Of a stretch of 57,214 nucleotides of DNA, positions 48,972 through 57,214 are shown in pieces (within the stretch, counting starts at the first letter, position 1; each line of letters begins with the position of its first letter). The stretch comes from Candidatus Nomurabacteria bacterium GW2011_GWB1_43_19 (GTDB lineage: Bacteria > Patescibacteriota > Minisyncoccia > Phycocordibacterales > UBA9973), in assembly GCA_000999465.1 (NCBI GenBank), contig LCGB01000001.1, positions 1-57,214 on the forward strand. Reading direction: 5' to 3'. The notes beneath the pieces were generated by a model. It saw nothing but the letters and a program-made list of their open reading frames with translations, ran no database searches and was not told the DNA's origin. The position numbers and the translations under genes are program-made.

Positions 48972-50069
48972 ATGAAAACAGAATGCTCGGTTGAAAAAAT
49001 TAAAAATGCCGTTTCTCAAGTAGAAAGAATAACCGGAAAAAACCTGACTTTGCCAATTCTGAACACAATCTTATTAACTGCATCGGAAAAATCCTTAAAA
49101 CTTAAATCCACAAACCTAAATCTCGGTATTGAAATTGAAATTCCCGCGAAAACGGAAAAAAGGGGAGTTTTGGCGGTATCCGGGTCGGTGCTAAATTCCG
49201 TTTTTGTTAATATTTCTCAAAACGAAAACGTGCATCTTGAAGAAAAAGACGGAAATTTACTGATCAAAACAAAAAAAAGCCAAATAAAGTTGAAGTGTGT
49301 TCCACACGACGATTTTCCCACAATACCCACGGTTTCCGGAACCAGTTTTGAAATAGAGTCAAAAAAACTGGTTGAAGGCATTAAGTCAGTTTTTTACAGC
49401 TCTTCCGTCTCAGATATAAAACCCGAAATTTCTAGTGTTTTTATGTATACCAATAATGATAATTTAATTTTTGTTTCCACAGATTCTTTCAGGTTGGCTG
49501 AAAAAAAGGTTAAAATAAAAGGTCTTGAAGAAATACCGGGGATTTTAATTCCGTTTAAAAACACCGGGGAAATATTAAAAATTTTTGGAGAAATTCCGGG
49601 TGTTTTAAAGGTGTGTTTTAATAAAAACCAAATTTCTTTTTCTTCAGACAATATTTATTTAACTTCACGAATAATTGACGGAATTTTTCCGGATTATCGT
49701 CAAATTATTCCAAAAGATCTGTTGACCGAGGTGGTGGTGTTAAAACAAGACCTATTAAACGCCCTCAAACTCTCTAATGTTTTTTCGGATAAATTTAATC
49801 AAGTTAATTTGAGAATTTTACCCAAAGAAAAAATCTTTGAGTTATCGTCCATGAATAACGATATTGGGGAAAACAGAACATATCTGGATGCGGTTTTAAA
49901 CGGAGAGAATATTGAGTTGAGTTTTAATTATAAATATTTTCTGGATTGTTTTCAGTCAATCACCACAGACAGCGTTTCTATAAAATTATCCGGAACCTCT
50001 AAACCGATAGTCGTTTCTCCTGTTTCCGATTTGTCGTTCACCTATCTTATAATGCCGATGAACAGGTAA
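48972..50069 (+). CDS. dnaN: DNA polymerase III beta sliding clamp
   Basis: 365 aa with a three-domain clamp pattern, C-terminal YLIMPMN-like ending, and position after dnaA. Confidence 0.9.
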   Translation: MKTECSVEKIKNAVSQVERITGKNLTLPILNTILLTASEKSLKLKSTNLNLGIEIEIPAKTEKRGVLAVSGSVLNSVFVNISQNENVHLEEKDGNLLIKTKKSQIKLKCVPHDDFPTIPTVSGTSFEIESKKLVEGIKSVFYSSSVSDIKPEISSVFMYTNNDNLIFVSTDSFRLAEKKVKIKGLEEIPGILIPFKNTGEILKIFGEIPGVLKVCFNKNQISFSSDNIYLTSRIIDGIFPDYRQIIPKDLLTEVVVLKQDLLNALKLSNVFSDKFNQVNLRILPKEKIFELSSMNNDIGENRTYLDAVLNGENIELSFNYKYFLDCFQSITTDSVSIKLSGTSKPIVVSPVSDLSFTYLIMPMNR

Positions 50070-50074
50070 TATTT

Positions 50075-50332
50075 ATGATTGAAATAAAAGATTTACTCGG
50101 CCGGTTCGATAAACTTCTTTTTTCCGAAAAAGAAAAAAAAGAATCGGTTAGAAAAATTATTTCAGAAATCATTAATCTATCCATTAAAAACGAGGACATA
50201 AAGATAAAAAACGGCACAATTTACTTAAACATTAAACCCATATACAAAAACGAAATTTTTCTTAAATGGGAAGAAATTATTTTAAGGTTGAAAGAATCTT
50301 TAGGTAAAAAAACTCCCCGAAATATCATATAA
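50075..50332 (+). CDS. Small DUF721/DciA-like protein
   Basis: 85 aa directly after dnaN. IKIKNGTIYLNIKPIYKNEIFLKWEEIILRL resembles the DUF721 core (L-x-V-x-V...W..EL). The assignment is weak. Confidence 0.4.
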   Translation: MIEIKDLLGRFDKLLFSEKEKKESVRKIISEIINLSIKNEDIKIKNGTIYLNIKPIYKNEIFLKWEEIILRLKESLGKKTPRNII

Positions 50333-50348
50333 CAAACTATGTTTTTTA

Positions 50349-52871
50349 TTACTCCACTTTAAAATTAAGGTTTATTTCATCGCGGTTATATACGGTGTCA
50401 TAGGAAATTATTTTTAATTCATTGTCAGTTTGCAGATTTTCCAATTCCGCGGGTTTAAAGGAAAAGTTAAACGGCGGCTGGACTGCGCCTAAATATATAC
50501 CGTTTATAAAAATATCTATTTTTTGAATAGGAAATATGCCCGAATTGAATATTTTTAAGTTTATTCTTTGATCAGGTGAATAAATCGTTTCTTCGTTCGG
50601 TTCCAGAATTGAAACAACCGGGGCTGATATGTCGGTGTGTATATCATCAAATAGGACCGGCTTTTCACTCCATGTCGTTATGGGATATTTATCCCTATTT
50701 TGCGCCCACCATCTTTGTACCGGAATTTCCCAATGACTGAATTGGGGGTTGCTTTCGGGGTTAAGCGGCGCTTGGCCTGAAATATCGTTTCTATCCACCC
50801 AATAAAGGATAGAATGCACATTTGTTATAACCTTTTCCTGTAAAGTTTCCTTGGGTGTGTTTTCCGTGGCTAATTTTCCAGATATTTTGTCTATAAAAAA
50901 GTTCTCATTTCCCTGCCAAAATCCGCGCAGAATTGGTTTTACTTTAATTGGATCAACTTCCAAATCCGGCTTCTCAAAACTTTCATTCGGTAAATTTTTC
51001 AACGCTTCATTCATAAATTTATTCCAAATCGGTCCAGCCATTGCCGCTCCGCCTTTTTTCATCGGGACATTGTCGTTGTTGCCGGCCCAAACACCCACCA
51101 CAAGAGACGGTGTATAGCCAATAATCCAAGCATCCCTGTTGTTGTTGGTCGTTCCGGTTTTTGCGGCCACACTTCTGTTCGGGATAAAAAGAGCCGAATG
51201 GGCTCCGAAGGTTGGTGTGCGGGCTTTCTCGTCCGACAAAATATCTGAAACAGTCAGAGCGGTATTTTTTGGTAAAATTTCCTGCGGATTGGCCTTAAAT
51301 TCTTCCAGGATTTTTTCGCTTAAATTTTCTATTTTTAAAATTCCCGTGTATGGATTTTTTATACCGCTATTCGCAAAAACTCCGTAAGCCGATGTCATAT
51401 CCAGAAGCGATACTTCTCCACCCCCGATAACCAGGGTAAGCCCGTACCGGCTGATATCCTGAAGCGTGCTGATACCCATACTCTCCGCTGTTTTTAGCGA
51501 ATCGGAAAGCCCGGCCAGGTAAAAGAGTTTTACGGCTATAAGGTTAATTGACTGGCCCAAAGCGTCCCGCAACGACATTGGACCGCGGAATTTTCCGTCA
51601 TAGTTATCCGGCATATAACAATTTGCCTGATTATGTCCCGACAGAGCTCTTCCCGTTGCGTCGCAGGTCGTTTGAAACTCCGTAGGCAGGTCAAAAAGCA
51701 CCGTATCCGGGGTAAAACCCTTATTGAAGGCCGTGGCGTAGATAAAGGGCTTAAAGGAAGATCCCGGCTGCCTGCTCGCTGTTGTCACATTGTAATTTCC
51801 GTCAATGTTTTTATCGAAATAATCTCTGGATCCGACCATTGTCAAGATTTGTCCGGTTTTTGGATCAATAGCGACCAGCGCCGCATTTTTTCCATTCCAA
51901 TCTTTTTCATTTTGAAGCGCGCCACTTTTAACGAATTGCTCCGCTTTTTCCTGTAAATCAATATCAAGGGTTGTGGTGACTTTAAAACCACCTCGTTCCA
52001 CCGCCTCAATTCCGTATTTTTTTTCCAAATAATCTTTAATAAAAAAAACGAAATGCGGCGCCCTGATACCCATGGTTGCCTGCGGAATGAAAGTTACTAT
52101 TTCTTTTTTTGCCTTATCGTATTCTTCTTTAGAGATAAAACCAAGCTCTAACATTCTGGAAAGCACCAAATTTTTCCTGGTTTCCAGTTTATCCCTGTTT
52201 TTTCCGTAAGGAGAAAGAAGAGTCGGAGATTGGGGAATTGAGGCAAGATAAGATGCTTCTGCCAACGTTAGATCTATCGCGTTTTTATTGAAATAGGTTT
52301 TACTTGCTTCTTGTATTCCATAAACATTTCCGCCGTAAGGAACTTCATTCAGATAGTATTCCAGTATTTTTTCCTTCGGCATGGATTTATCTATTTTAAC
52401 CGCCAGAACCCATTCTTTTATTTTTCTTATATATCGGGCATAGCCCTTTTCGGAGGTGAGTAGGGTGTTTTTTACCAACTGCTGGGTTATGGTTGAGCCT
52501 CCACCACCTATTCCAAAATTAAAAAGATTTGAAAAGATTGCTCGAAGAGTGGAAGTTACGCGTATTCCGCTGTGATTATAGAACTCCGAGTCCTCTATGG
52601 CGACGGTTGCGTTTTTTATATTAAAACCCATTTTATCGAACGACACCCCCGTGCGTTTGACATCCTGGTGTATGTCGTAAAGCAAAATTTCTCCGGTACG
52701 GTCATAAATTCGGGTGGAATTGATCACTTTTCTATTCTCAAAAGAATTAAAATCCGGAATCTTCAGGGAAGAAAGCCAAACCAGCGTAACCCCAAATAGC
52801 AAGATAAAAACGCCGGCGAAAAATAATGCCAGATTTTTTAGAAGTCTTTTATTCTTTCGTAATTTCTTCAC
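50349..52871 (-). CDS. Bifunctional penicillin-binding protein 1A (glycosyltransferase GT51 + transpeptidase)
   Basis: 840 aa with an N-terminal TM, GT51 motifs AIEDSEFYNHSG and GGSTITQQ, and TP motifs SSFKP and KTGTT. Confidence 0.9.
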   Translation of the reverse strand: MKKLRKNKRLLKNLALFFAGVFILLFGVTLVWLSSLKIPDFNSFENRKVINSTRIYDRTGEILLYDIHQDVKRTGVSFDKMGFNIKNATVAIEDSEFYNHSGIRVTSTLRAIFSNLFNFGIGGGGSTITQQLVKNTLLTSEKGYARYIRKIKEWVLAVKIDKSMPKEKILEYYLNEVPYGGNVYGIQEASKTYFNKNAIDLTLAEASYLASIPQSPTLLSPYGKNRDKLETRKNLVLSRMLELGFISKEEYDKAKKEIVTFIPQATMGIRAPHFVFFIKDYLEKKYGIEAVERGGFKVTTTLDIDLQEKAEQFVKSGALQNEKDWNGKNAALVAIDPKTGQILTMVGSRDYFDKNIDGNYNVTTASRQPGSSFKPFIYATAFNKGFTPDTVLFDLPTEFQTTCDATGRALSGHNQANCYMPDNYDGKFRGPMSLRDALGQSINLIAVKLFYLAGLSDSLKTAESMGISTLQDISRYGLTLVIGGGEVSLLDMTSAYGVFANSGIKNPYTGILKIENLSEKILEEFKANPQEILPKNTALTVSDILSDEKARTPTFGAHSALFIPNRSVAAKTGTTNNNRDAWIIGYTPSLVVGVWAGNNDNVPMKKGGAAMAGPIWNKFMNEALKNLPNESFEKPDLEVDPIKVKPILRGFWQGNENFFIDKISGKLATENTPKETLQEKVITNVHSILYWVDRNDISGQAPLNPESNPQFSHWEIPVQRWWAQNRDKYPITTWSEKPVLFDDIHTDISAPVVSILEPNEETIYSPDQRINLKIFNSGIFPIQKIDIFINGIYLGAVQPPFNFSFKPAELENLQTDNELKIISYDTVYNRDEINLNFKVE

Positions 52872-52909
52872 TATTCGAATTATAACAGAAAATATGGTAT
52901 TATTCGAAT

Positions 52910-54085
52910 ATGAAAGCGAAGAAAACTGGAGACAAAATTGACGAATTACTGAACCGGGGGGTTGATAAGGTATATCCCTCCAAGGAGGCGTTGGAAAAGA
53001 TATTGCGCTCCGGCAAAAAACTGAAATTATACCAAGGATTTGACCCGACAGGGGCCAAATTGCATATCGGGCATATGGTGGGGCTAAGAAAGCTTGCGGA
53101 GTGGCAGGCCCTAGGGCACCACGTCATATTTCTAATCGGTGATGCCACAGGGATGATTGGGGACCCTTCCGGTAAAACCGAGGCAAGGAAAATGCTCACC
53201 CGGGAGGTTGTCCTAAAAAATGCTGAAAATTATAAAATCCAGGCAGGTAGAATTTTGAGGTTTAAAGGCGAAAATCCGGCGGAAATCAAATATAACAGTG
53301 AGTGGTTAGACAGCCTAAGCGGCTTGGAGTTTCTACAAATCGCAGGCCACCTTTCCTTCCAGCAGGTTATAAAACGGGATTTGTTTCAAGAGAGAACGAA
53401 ACAAGGACAGGATGTTTTTATGAACGAGTTTCTTTACCCTGTAATGCAAGCATACGACTCCGTGGCCATGGATGTAGATTTGGAAATCGGCGGCTCGGAT
53501 CAAATGTTTAATATGCTGATGGGAAGAAAACTTATGCGACATATGCTTGGAAAAGAAAAATTTGTAATGACCCTCCAGCTTCTCACTGATTCCCAAGGTA
53601 AAAAAATAGGCAAAACCGAGGGCAATGCAATTGCCCTAGACGACAGACCAGAAAATTTGTTTGGAAAAATAATGGCTTTTCCTGACGAGGTCCTGACAAG
53701 GTGTTTTGAATGTTTGACCAATATGCCTATTGACGAGATTAAAAAAAAGGATGCAATGACGAACAAAAAACGCCTCGCTTTTGAAATTGTAAAAGATTTA
53801 AATAATGAAAGTGCTGCGAGGCAGGCGCAGGAAAATTGGGAAAATACTTTTCAGAAAAGGCAGATACCGGGCGAGACGGAGGAAATAAAAGGGACCGGCG
53901 GACTTGGGGCGACGCTGGTGTCAGAAAAAATAGTAGCATCCATGAGTGAGTGGAGAAGGTTGGTCGAAGAAGGAGCGGTAAAAAAATTAACCGAAAAAGG
54001 GGAAGAAAGAATCATCAATTTCAAGATAGAGGCATCTTCGGGGGTCTATAAAATCGGCAAACACAGATTTATAAAAATAAAGTAA
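52910..54085 (+). CDS. tyrS: Tyrosyl-tRNA synthetase
   Basis: 391 aa with a class I HIGH motif (KLHIGH), the KFGKT-type second motif (KIGKTEG) typical of TyrRS, and a C-terminal S4-like domain. Confidence 0.85.
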   Translation: MKAKKTGDKIDELLNRGVDKVYPSKEALEKILRSGKKLKLYQGFDPTGAKLHIGHMVGLRKLAEWQALGHHVIFLIGDATGMIGDPSGKTEARKMLTREVVLKNAENYKIQAGRILRFKGENPAEIKYNSEWLDSLSGLEFLQIAGHLSFQQVIKRDLFQERTKQGQDVFMNEFLYPVMQAYDSVAMDVDLEIGGSDQMFNMLMGRKLMRHMLGKEKFVMTLQLLTDSQGKKIGKTEGNAIALDDRPENLFGKIMAFPDEVLTRCFECLTNMPIDEIKKKDAMTNKKRLAFEIVKDLNNESAARQAQENWENTFQKRQIPGETEEIKGTGGLGATLVSEKIVASMSEWRRLVEEGAVKKLTEKGEERIINFKIEASSGVYKIGKHRFIKIK

Positions 54086-54086
54086 C

Positions 54087-54116
54087 AAAAAATCCGCCAT
54101 GTGGCGGATTTTTTGT
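54087..54116. terminator. Bidirectional intrinsic terminator
   Basis: AAAAAATCCGCC-ATGT-GGCGGATTTTTTG: an 8-bp core stem flanked by an A-run and a T-run, between convergent tyrS and the ruvC operon. Confidence 0.8.
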
Positions 54117-54118
54117 TT

Positions 54119-54244
54119 TTACCTATCTCTGTCCGGGTCCTCTTCGTCTAAACCAAAATCATTCATTCCCTCAACCGTATCCAAATCATCATCACCATCC
54201 ATTTTAAAAATACTCTCTTCTATTTCCTCATCCTCATCATGCAT
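54119..54244 (-). CDS. Possible small highly acidic peptide downstream of ruvC
   Basis: MHDEDEEIEESIFKMDGDDDLDTVEGMNDFGLDEEDPDRDR (41 aa) ends right at the terminator. I see no homology, so coding status is uncertain. Confidence 0.25.
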   Translation of the reverse strand: MHDEDEEIEESIFKMDGDDDLDTVEGMNDFGLDEEDPDRDR

Positions 54245-54337
54245 AAAAATACTTATTTTTAGTTTTGTTAAACGACCTACTAATAATTTCCTACTTTGTA
54301 ACAAAAACCAAAAGGATTGGCAATAGAATATGTGGAT

Positions 54338-54375
54338 AACCCCGAACCAGAGCAAAGCTCGGTACGGGGCAGGCC
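54338..54375. repeat. 38-nt hairpin repeat, copy B (abuts the ruvC stop codon)
   Basis: AACCCCGAACCAGAGCAAAGCTCGGTACGGGGCAGGCC, preceded by the perfect DnaA box TGTGGATAA (54331-54339). Confidence 0.7.
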
Positions 54376-54882
54376 TTATTTCAGGTGGGCGAAAGCCGTC
54401 AAGGCAATGGCAATGGCGTCCAGTTCATCGTCGGACTTCTTATCTTCGTCTATATTTACCAATATTTTTACCATTTTTATAATCTGCATCTTGTCTGCCC
54501 GCCCGTATCCGGTAGTGGCGATTTTTATTTGCGGGGGAGAAGCTTCAAAAATTTGGAGCCCGGCCTGGGCGGCTTCATAAATCACAACTCCGCGCGCCTC
54601 GGCGACGCGCATCACCGTTTTCTGGTTGGTGTTTAAAAAAAGAGTTTCTATAGCAAGGACTTCCGGCTTGTATTCTTTTATTATTTTTTTTACCTCTTCT
54701 CCGATTAAACGCAACCTCTCTGAAAATTCCAATTTTGCGGATGTTTTGAAGCACTCCGAAAAGAGCACACGCTCCATCGTCCCACCGTAACTTTTAGCGG
54801 AGGGGGATTTACCACTCTTATTCTTTTCCAGAACCGCTATTCCCAACCTCTCAAATCCCGGGTCTATTCCTAAAATTCTCAT
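54376..54882 (-). CDS. ruvC: Holliday junction resolvase RuvC
   Basis: 168 aa with MRILGIDPG..., internal EVLAIETLF and C-terminal DELDAIAIALT, the RuvC catalytic acidic residues. Confidence 0.85.
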   Translation of the reverse strand: MRILGIDPGFERLGIAVLEKNKSGKSPSAKSYGGTMERVLFSECFKTSAKLEFSERLRLIGEEVKKIIKEYKPEVLAIETLFLNTNQKTVMRVAEARGVVIYEAAQAGLQIFEASPPQIKIATTGYGRADKMQIIKMVKILVNIDEDKKSDDELDAIAIALTAFAHLK

Positions 54883-54958
54883 CCCGTTAGAAACAGGTCG
54901 CGGTCGTACCGTGACTGCCTCGAATTATTTTATAATAGCGACCGCGGTTTCTAACGGG
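54883..54958. repeat. Long bulged hairpin between yebC and ruvC (CCCGTTAGAAAC termini)
   Basis: CCCGTTAGAAAC-AGGT-CGCGGTCG ... 32 nt ... CGACCGCGGTTTCTAACGGG. The stem is 20 bp with a 4-nt bulge and starts 1 nt upstream of the ruvC ATG. Confidence 0.7.
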
Positions 54959-54979
54959 ACTCATAAATAGATTTTAGCA

Positions 54980-55516
54980 TTATTCCGCGTTGGTATATAC
55001 CTCCTGCACATCATCGTTTTCTTCCAAATCTTCCACCAGTTTATCCAAGAGTTCCAGGTCAGTATCCGAAAGGGGGACGAGGGTGTTCGGTTTCCAAACC
55101 AAGCCCTCCGGACTTTTTTCCTTTTGAAAAACCCAAATGACGGAGCCGATGCCTCCGAACGCGAAGCCGTTTTTAGAAAGAATGTGTTTCATTTCCTGCG
55201 CCGTCCGGTTCTTGTTGTCAGTTAATGTTTCAATAATTATACCCGCTCCGCCTGGGCCGTGCGTTTCATAAGTTATCGCGTCCATGTGCGCTCCCGGCTC
55301 GCTCGCTTTCTTGATGGTCCGCTCGATATTCTCCGAGGGCATATTCACCTTTTTTGCTTTTTCAATAGCCGCGCGCAGGCCCGGAGAATCCTTGCCGCCC
55401 GAGAGCTTGGCTTCCACCGAGATAAACCGCACCAACTTGGAAAAGATTTTGCTTTTCTTGGCGTCGGTGATACCTTTTTTATGTTTTATTTGAGTCCAAC
55501 GATTATGACCTGACAT
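54980..55516 (-). CDS. yebC: YebC/PmpR-family transcriptional regulator (short form)
   Basis: MSGHNRWTQIKHKKG..., GPGGAGIIIETLTDNKNRT and C-terminal DDVQEVYTNAE. It is 178 aa, shorter than typical family members as I recall them. Confidence 0.8.
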   Translation of the reverse strand: MSGHNRWTQIKHKKGITDAKKSKIFSKLVRFISVEAKLSGGKDSPGLRAAIEKAKKVNMPSENIERTIKKASEPGAHMDAITYETHGPGGAGIIIETLTDNKNRTAQEMKHILSKNGFAFGGIGSVIWVFQKEKSPEGLVWKPNTLVPLSDTDLELLDKLVEDLEENDDVQEVYTNAE

Positions 55517-55757
55517 AGTTTAATTTTATGGCTTCTAGGCAAAAAGGGCAAATACCCCCCATTTTGGTTATAAAAAAACATAATAAACAAAAACCTATTT
55601 TTTATCCTGTGGATAACTATATTGTTTTCAGAATATTACCCTTCAAAACCCTTATTTTTAAAGCGATTTTAGATTTGGTGATAAAAAGCTTGACAACGTG
55701 AAGCTAATCTGATAAACTCTCTTTATATTAATATTTTATCAGTTTAACTAAAAATAT

Positions 55758-56555
55758 ATGGAAACAGAGAAAAAAGAGGTTGTAAAAGATCCTAAGGCGA
55801 GAAGTAGATCATATCCACGCTACAATCTTGAAGAGGCTATTAAATTTGTCGAAATTGTAAGTAAATTGGGTAGAAAAAATATTTCAGAAAAATCTATTGC
55901 TGCGGAAAACGGCAAATCGATCACGAACTCTGGTTTTATTGGACGCATGAGTAGTGCTAAGCAATTTGGACTTATCTCAAAAGATGAGGGAAAGCTATCT
56001 TTAACACAATTAGGAAATGAAATTATGTTTCCACCGGATGATATCTCAAAGGTGAGGGCTATTAAAAAAGCTTTTACAATGCCGACTCTTTATAAAGAGC
56101 TACTAGATGCTTTTGGAGGAACAAAAATTCCCGAATATAGTTCTCTAGGGAACCGACTAGTAAATGATTATGGAATTGAGACTGGCGCAAGGGGTTTAGC
56201 ATCTAAGAATTTTATCAAATCCGCGGAGTATGCCGAAGTTATCCAAAACGGCATTCTTGTTGTTGATGCTGAACTTACTATGCCAGATTCTAATAGTAAA
56301 GACATGGCAGATACATTTAACAATAATATCAACAAAAACGCTAACCAAAACATAAGACAACCCGCAATACAAAGCGACAATATGGTATTTGAATTTTTTG
56401 GTGGGGTGAAACTTGTAATTCCACGCAGTAAAAAAGCATCAGATGCCGTCATGGATGGGGAACTTAAAATTATTAAGATCGGGTTAAATGAATTTTCAGA
56501 AAAATTTTGTAAAAAGGAAGGATTGTCGGAAGAAACCAATGGAGATAAAGAATAA
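55758..56555 (+). CDS. Hypothetical protein (AT-rich island)
   Basis: 265 aa with no motif I recognise. It is preceded by TTGACA-N17-TAAACT (55690-55718), and the next ORF starts 4 nt after its stop. Confidence 0.5.
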   Translation: METEKKEVVKDPKARSRSYPRYNLEEAIKFVEIVSKLGRKNISEKSIAAENGKSITNSGFIGRMSSAKQFGLISKDEGKLSLTQLGNEIMFPPDDISKVRAIKKAFTMPTLYKELLDAFGGTKIPEYSSLGNRLVNDYGIETGARGLASKNFIKSAEYAEVIQNGILVVDAELTMPDSNSKDMADTFNNNINKNANQNIRQPAIQSDNMVFEFFGGVKLVIPRSKKASDAVMDGELKIIKIGLNEFSEKFCKKEGLSEETNGDKE

Positions 56556-56558
56556 TTT

Positions 56559-57146
56559 ATGTTCAAACCAAAAACAGAGAGGATTGAAAAACTAGCAAAA
56601 CTATTTCCAGAAATCATACTAAGTATGGAGAAAATTTTTAATGGCCCGACGAATATTTATATTGATTGGTCAAATGTTATACACTGGCAGGATAAGCTTA
56701 GATGGAATTTCGATCTCAAAAGAATGAAACAATTCTTTGATTCTTTTGATACTATGCGCTCAATTAAAATTTATACAGGAACACTGGAAGGGAATAGACA
56801 ATCTGAGGATTTTATTCCCGAACTAAAAGCCATGGGATATGATGTTAGTACTAAACCAGTAAAGTTAATGAAAATGTTTATTGATGTATCTAGTATTCCA
56901 AAAGATTCTCCTGTTATACTGAAAAGTTTCATTAAAAAAAGTCTTTTATCTAAATTAGACATAGCGACAATTGAGTATTTAAATAATAAATTAGAAGCTT
57001 TTAATAAACAAGGAATTTTATACATAGAAGAACCAAAATGCAATTTTGATGTTGAAATGGGTAGAGATATGTTGCGGGATTTTGACAATGATGGTGTTGA
57101 GAATTATATTTTATGGTGTTTTAGGCACACACATATGGCGGTTTAA
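56559..57146 (+). CDS. NYN/LabA-like domain protein (tentative)
   Basis: 195 aa. NIYIDWSNVIHW resembles the first NYN acidic motif (hhIDxxN). It is AT-rich, and its 3' end overlaps a minus-strand ORF fragment. Confidence 0.4.
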   Translation: MFKPKTERIEKLAKLFPEIILSMEKIFNGPTNIYIDWSNVIHWQDKLRWNFDLKRMKQFFDSFDTMRSIKIYTGTLEGNRQSEDFIPELKAMGYDVSTKPVKLMKMFIDVSSIPKDSPVILKSFIKKSLLSKLDIATIEYLNNKLEAFNKQGILYIEEPKCNFDVEMGRDMLRDFDNDGVENYILWCFRHTHMAV

Positions 57147-57214
57147 TTAATTGATAATTGGCCAGAAATTCATTTGGTGTTTGTCCGTTTAAACCGCAAT
57201 GTTCTAAATCATTG
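57121..57214 (-). mobile_element. Partial C-terminus of a DDE (rve-type) transposase/integrase, truncated by the window edge
   Basis: The minus-strand frame reads ...NDLEHCGLNGQTPNEFLANYQLIKPPYVCA*. H-x-x-L-x-x-x-TP-x-E is typical of rve-domain C-termini. Only 31 aa are visible. Confidence 0.3.

Noticed and set aside
54980-55516. yebC as a truncated pseudogene (178 aa, shorter than family members I recall).
   Set aside because: The frame is intact from a canonical MSGHNRW start to the conserved acidic C-terminus with no internal stops. It is more likely a naturally compact variant, and I cannot verify domain loss without an alignment.

Overview
This 57.2-kb window looks like chromosomal DNA from a small-genome bacterium, probably Candidate Phyla Radiation / Patescibacteria. 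That placement is inference from gene content: two short type IV pilins, a Gram-positive-style minimal T4SS-like cluster, compact housekeeping genes, and standard code with TGA as stop. It spans the replication-origin neighbourhood, with jag-yidC-yidD-rnpA-rpmH on the minus strand facing dnaA-dnaN-DUF721 on the plus strand. Other housekeeping genes recognisable from the translations are rny, hup, lexA, comM, metK, pnp, rpsO, xerC/D, xth, cca, yraN, pcrA/uvrD, rsmA, tyrS, ruvC, yebC, PBP1A, a ZIP transporter, a LysM-M23 peptidase and four tRNAs. Accessory content: (a) two visibly AT-rich type II restriction-modification islands, one with a HEPN-like gene and one splitting the rpsO-pnp pair next to a NYN-domain gene. 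(b) A two-ORF cassette flanked by a duplicated metK 3' end. (c) A roughly 13-kb T4SS-like cluster (VirB4, VirB6/TrbL-like, PrgI/VirB3-like, a pilin-like/peptidase fusion, a PG-binding protein) with no relaxase or coupling protein in view. (d) A terminal AT-rich island with a second NYN-like gene and a transposase fragment. The most unusual signal is at the DNA level. Several families of short GC-rich palindromic or double-hairpin repeats sit in-frame inside conserved housekeeping genes (comM, pnp, cca, rsmA, xerC, jag, pcrA). One 28-bp copy is identical in two unrelated genes, and two longer repeat families show compensatory substitutions that preserve hairpins. This resembles Rickettsia palindromic elements but involves different sequences, and I consider it the best candidate for something undescribed. 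No rRNA, CRISPR array or complete IS element was seen. All coordinates and pairings were derived by eye, and no database search or folding was possible.
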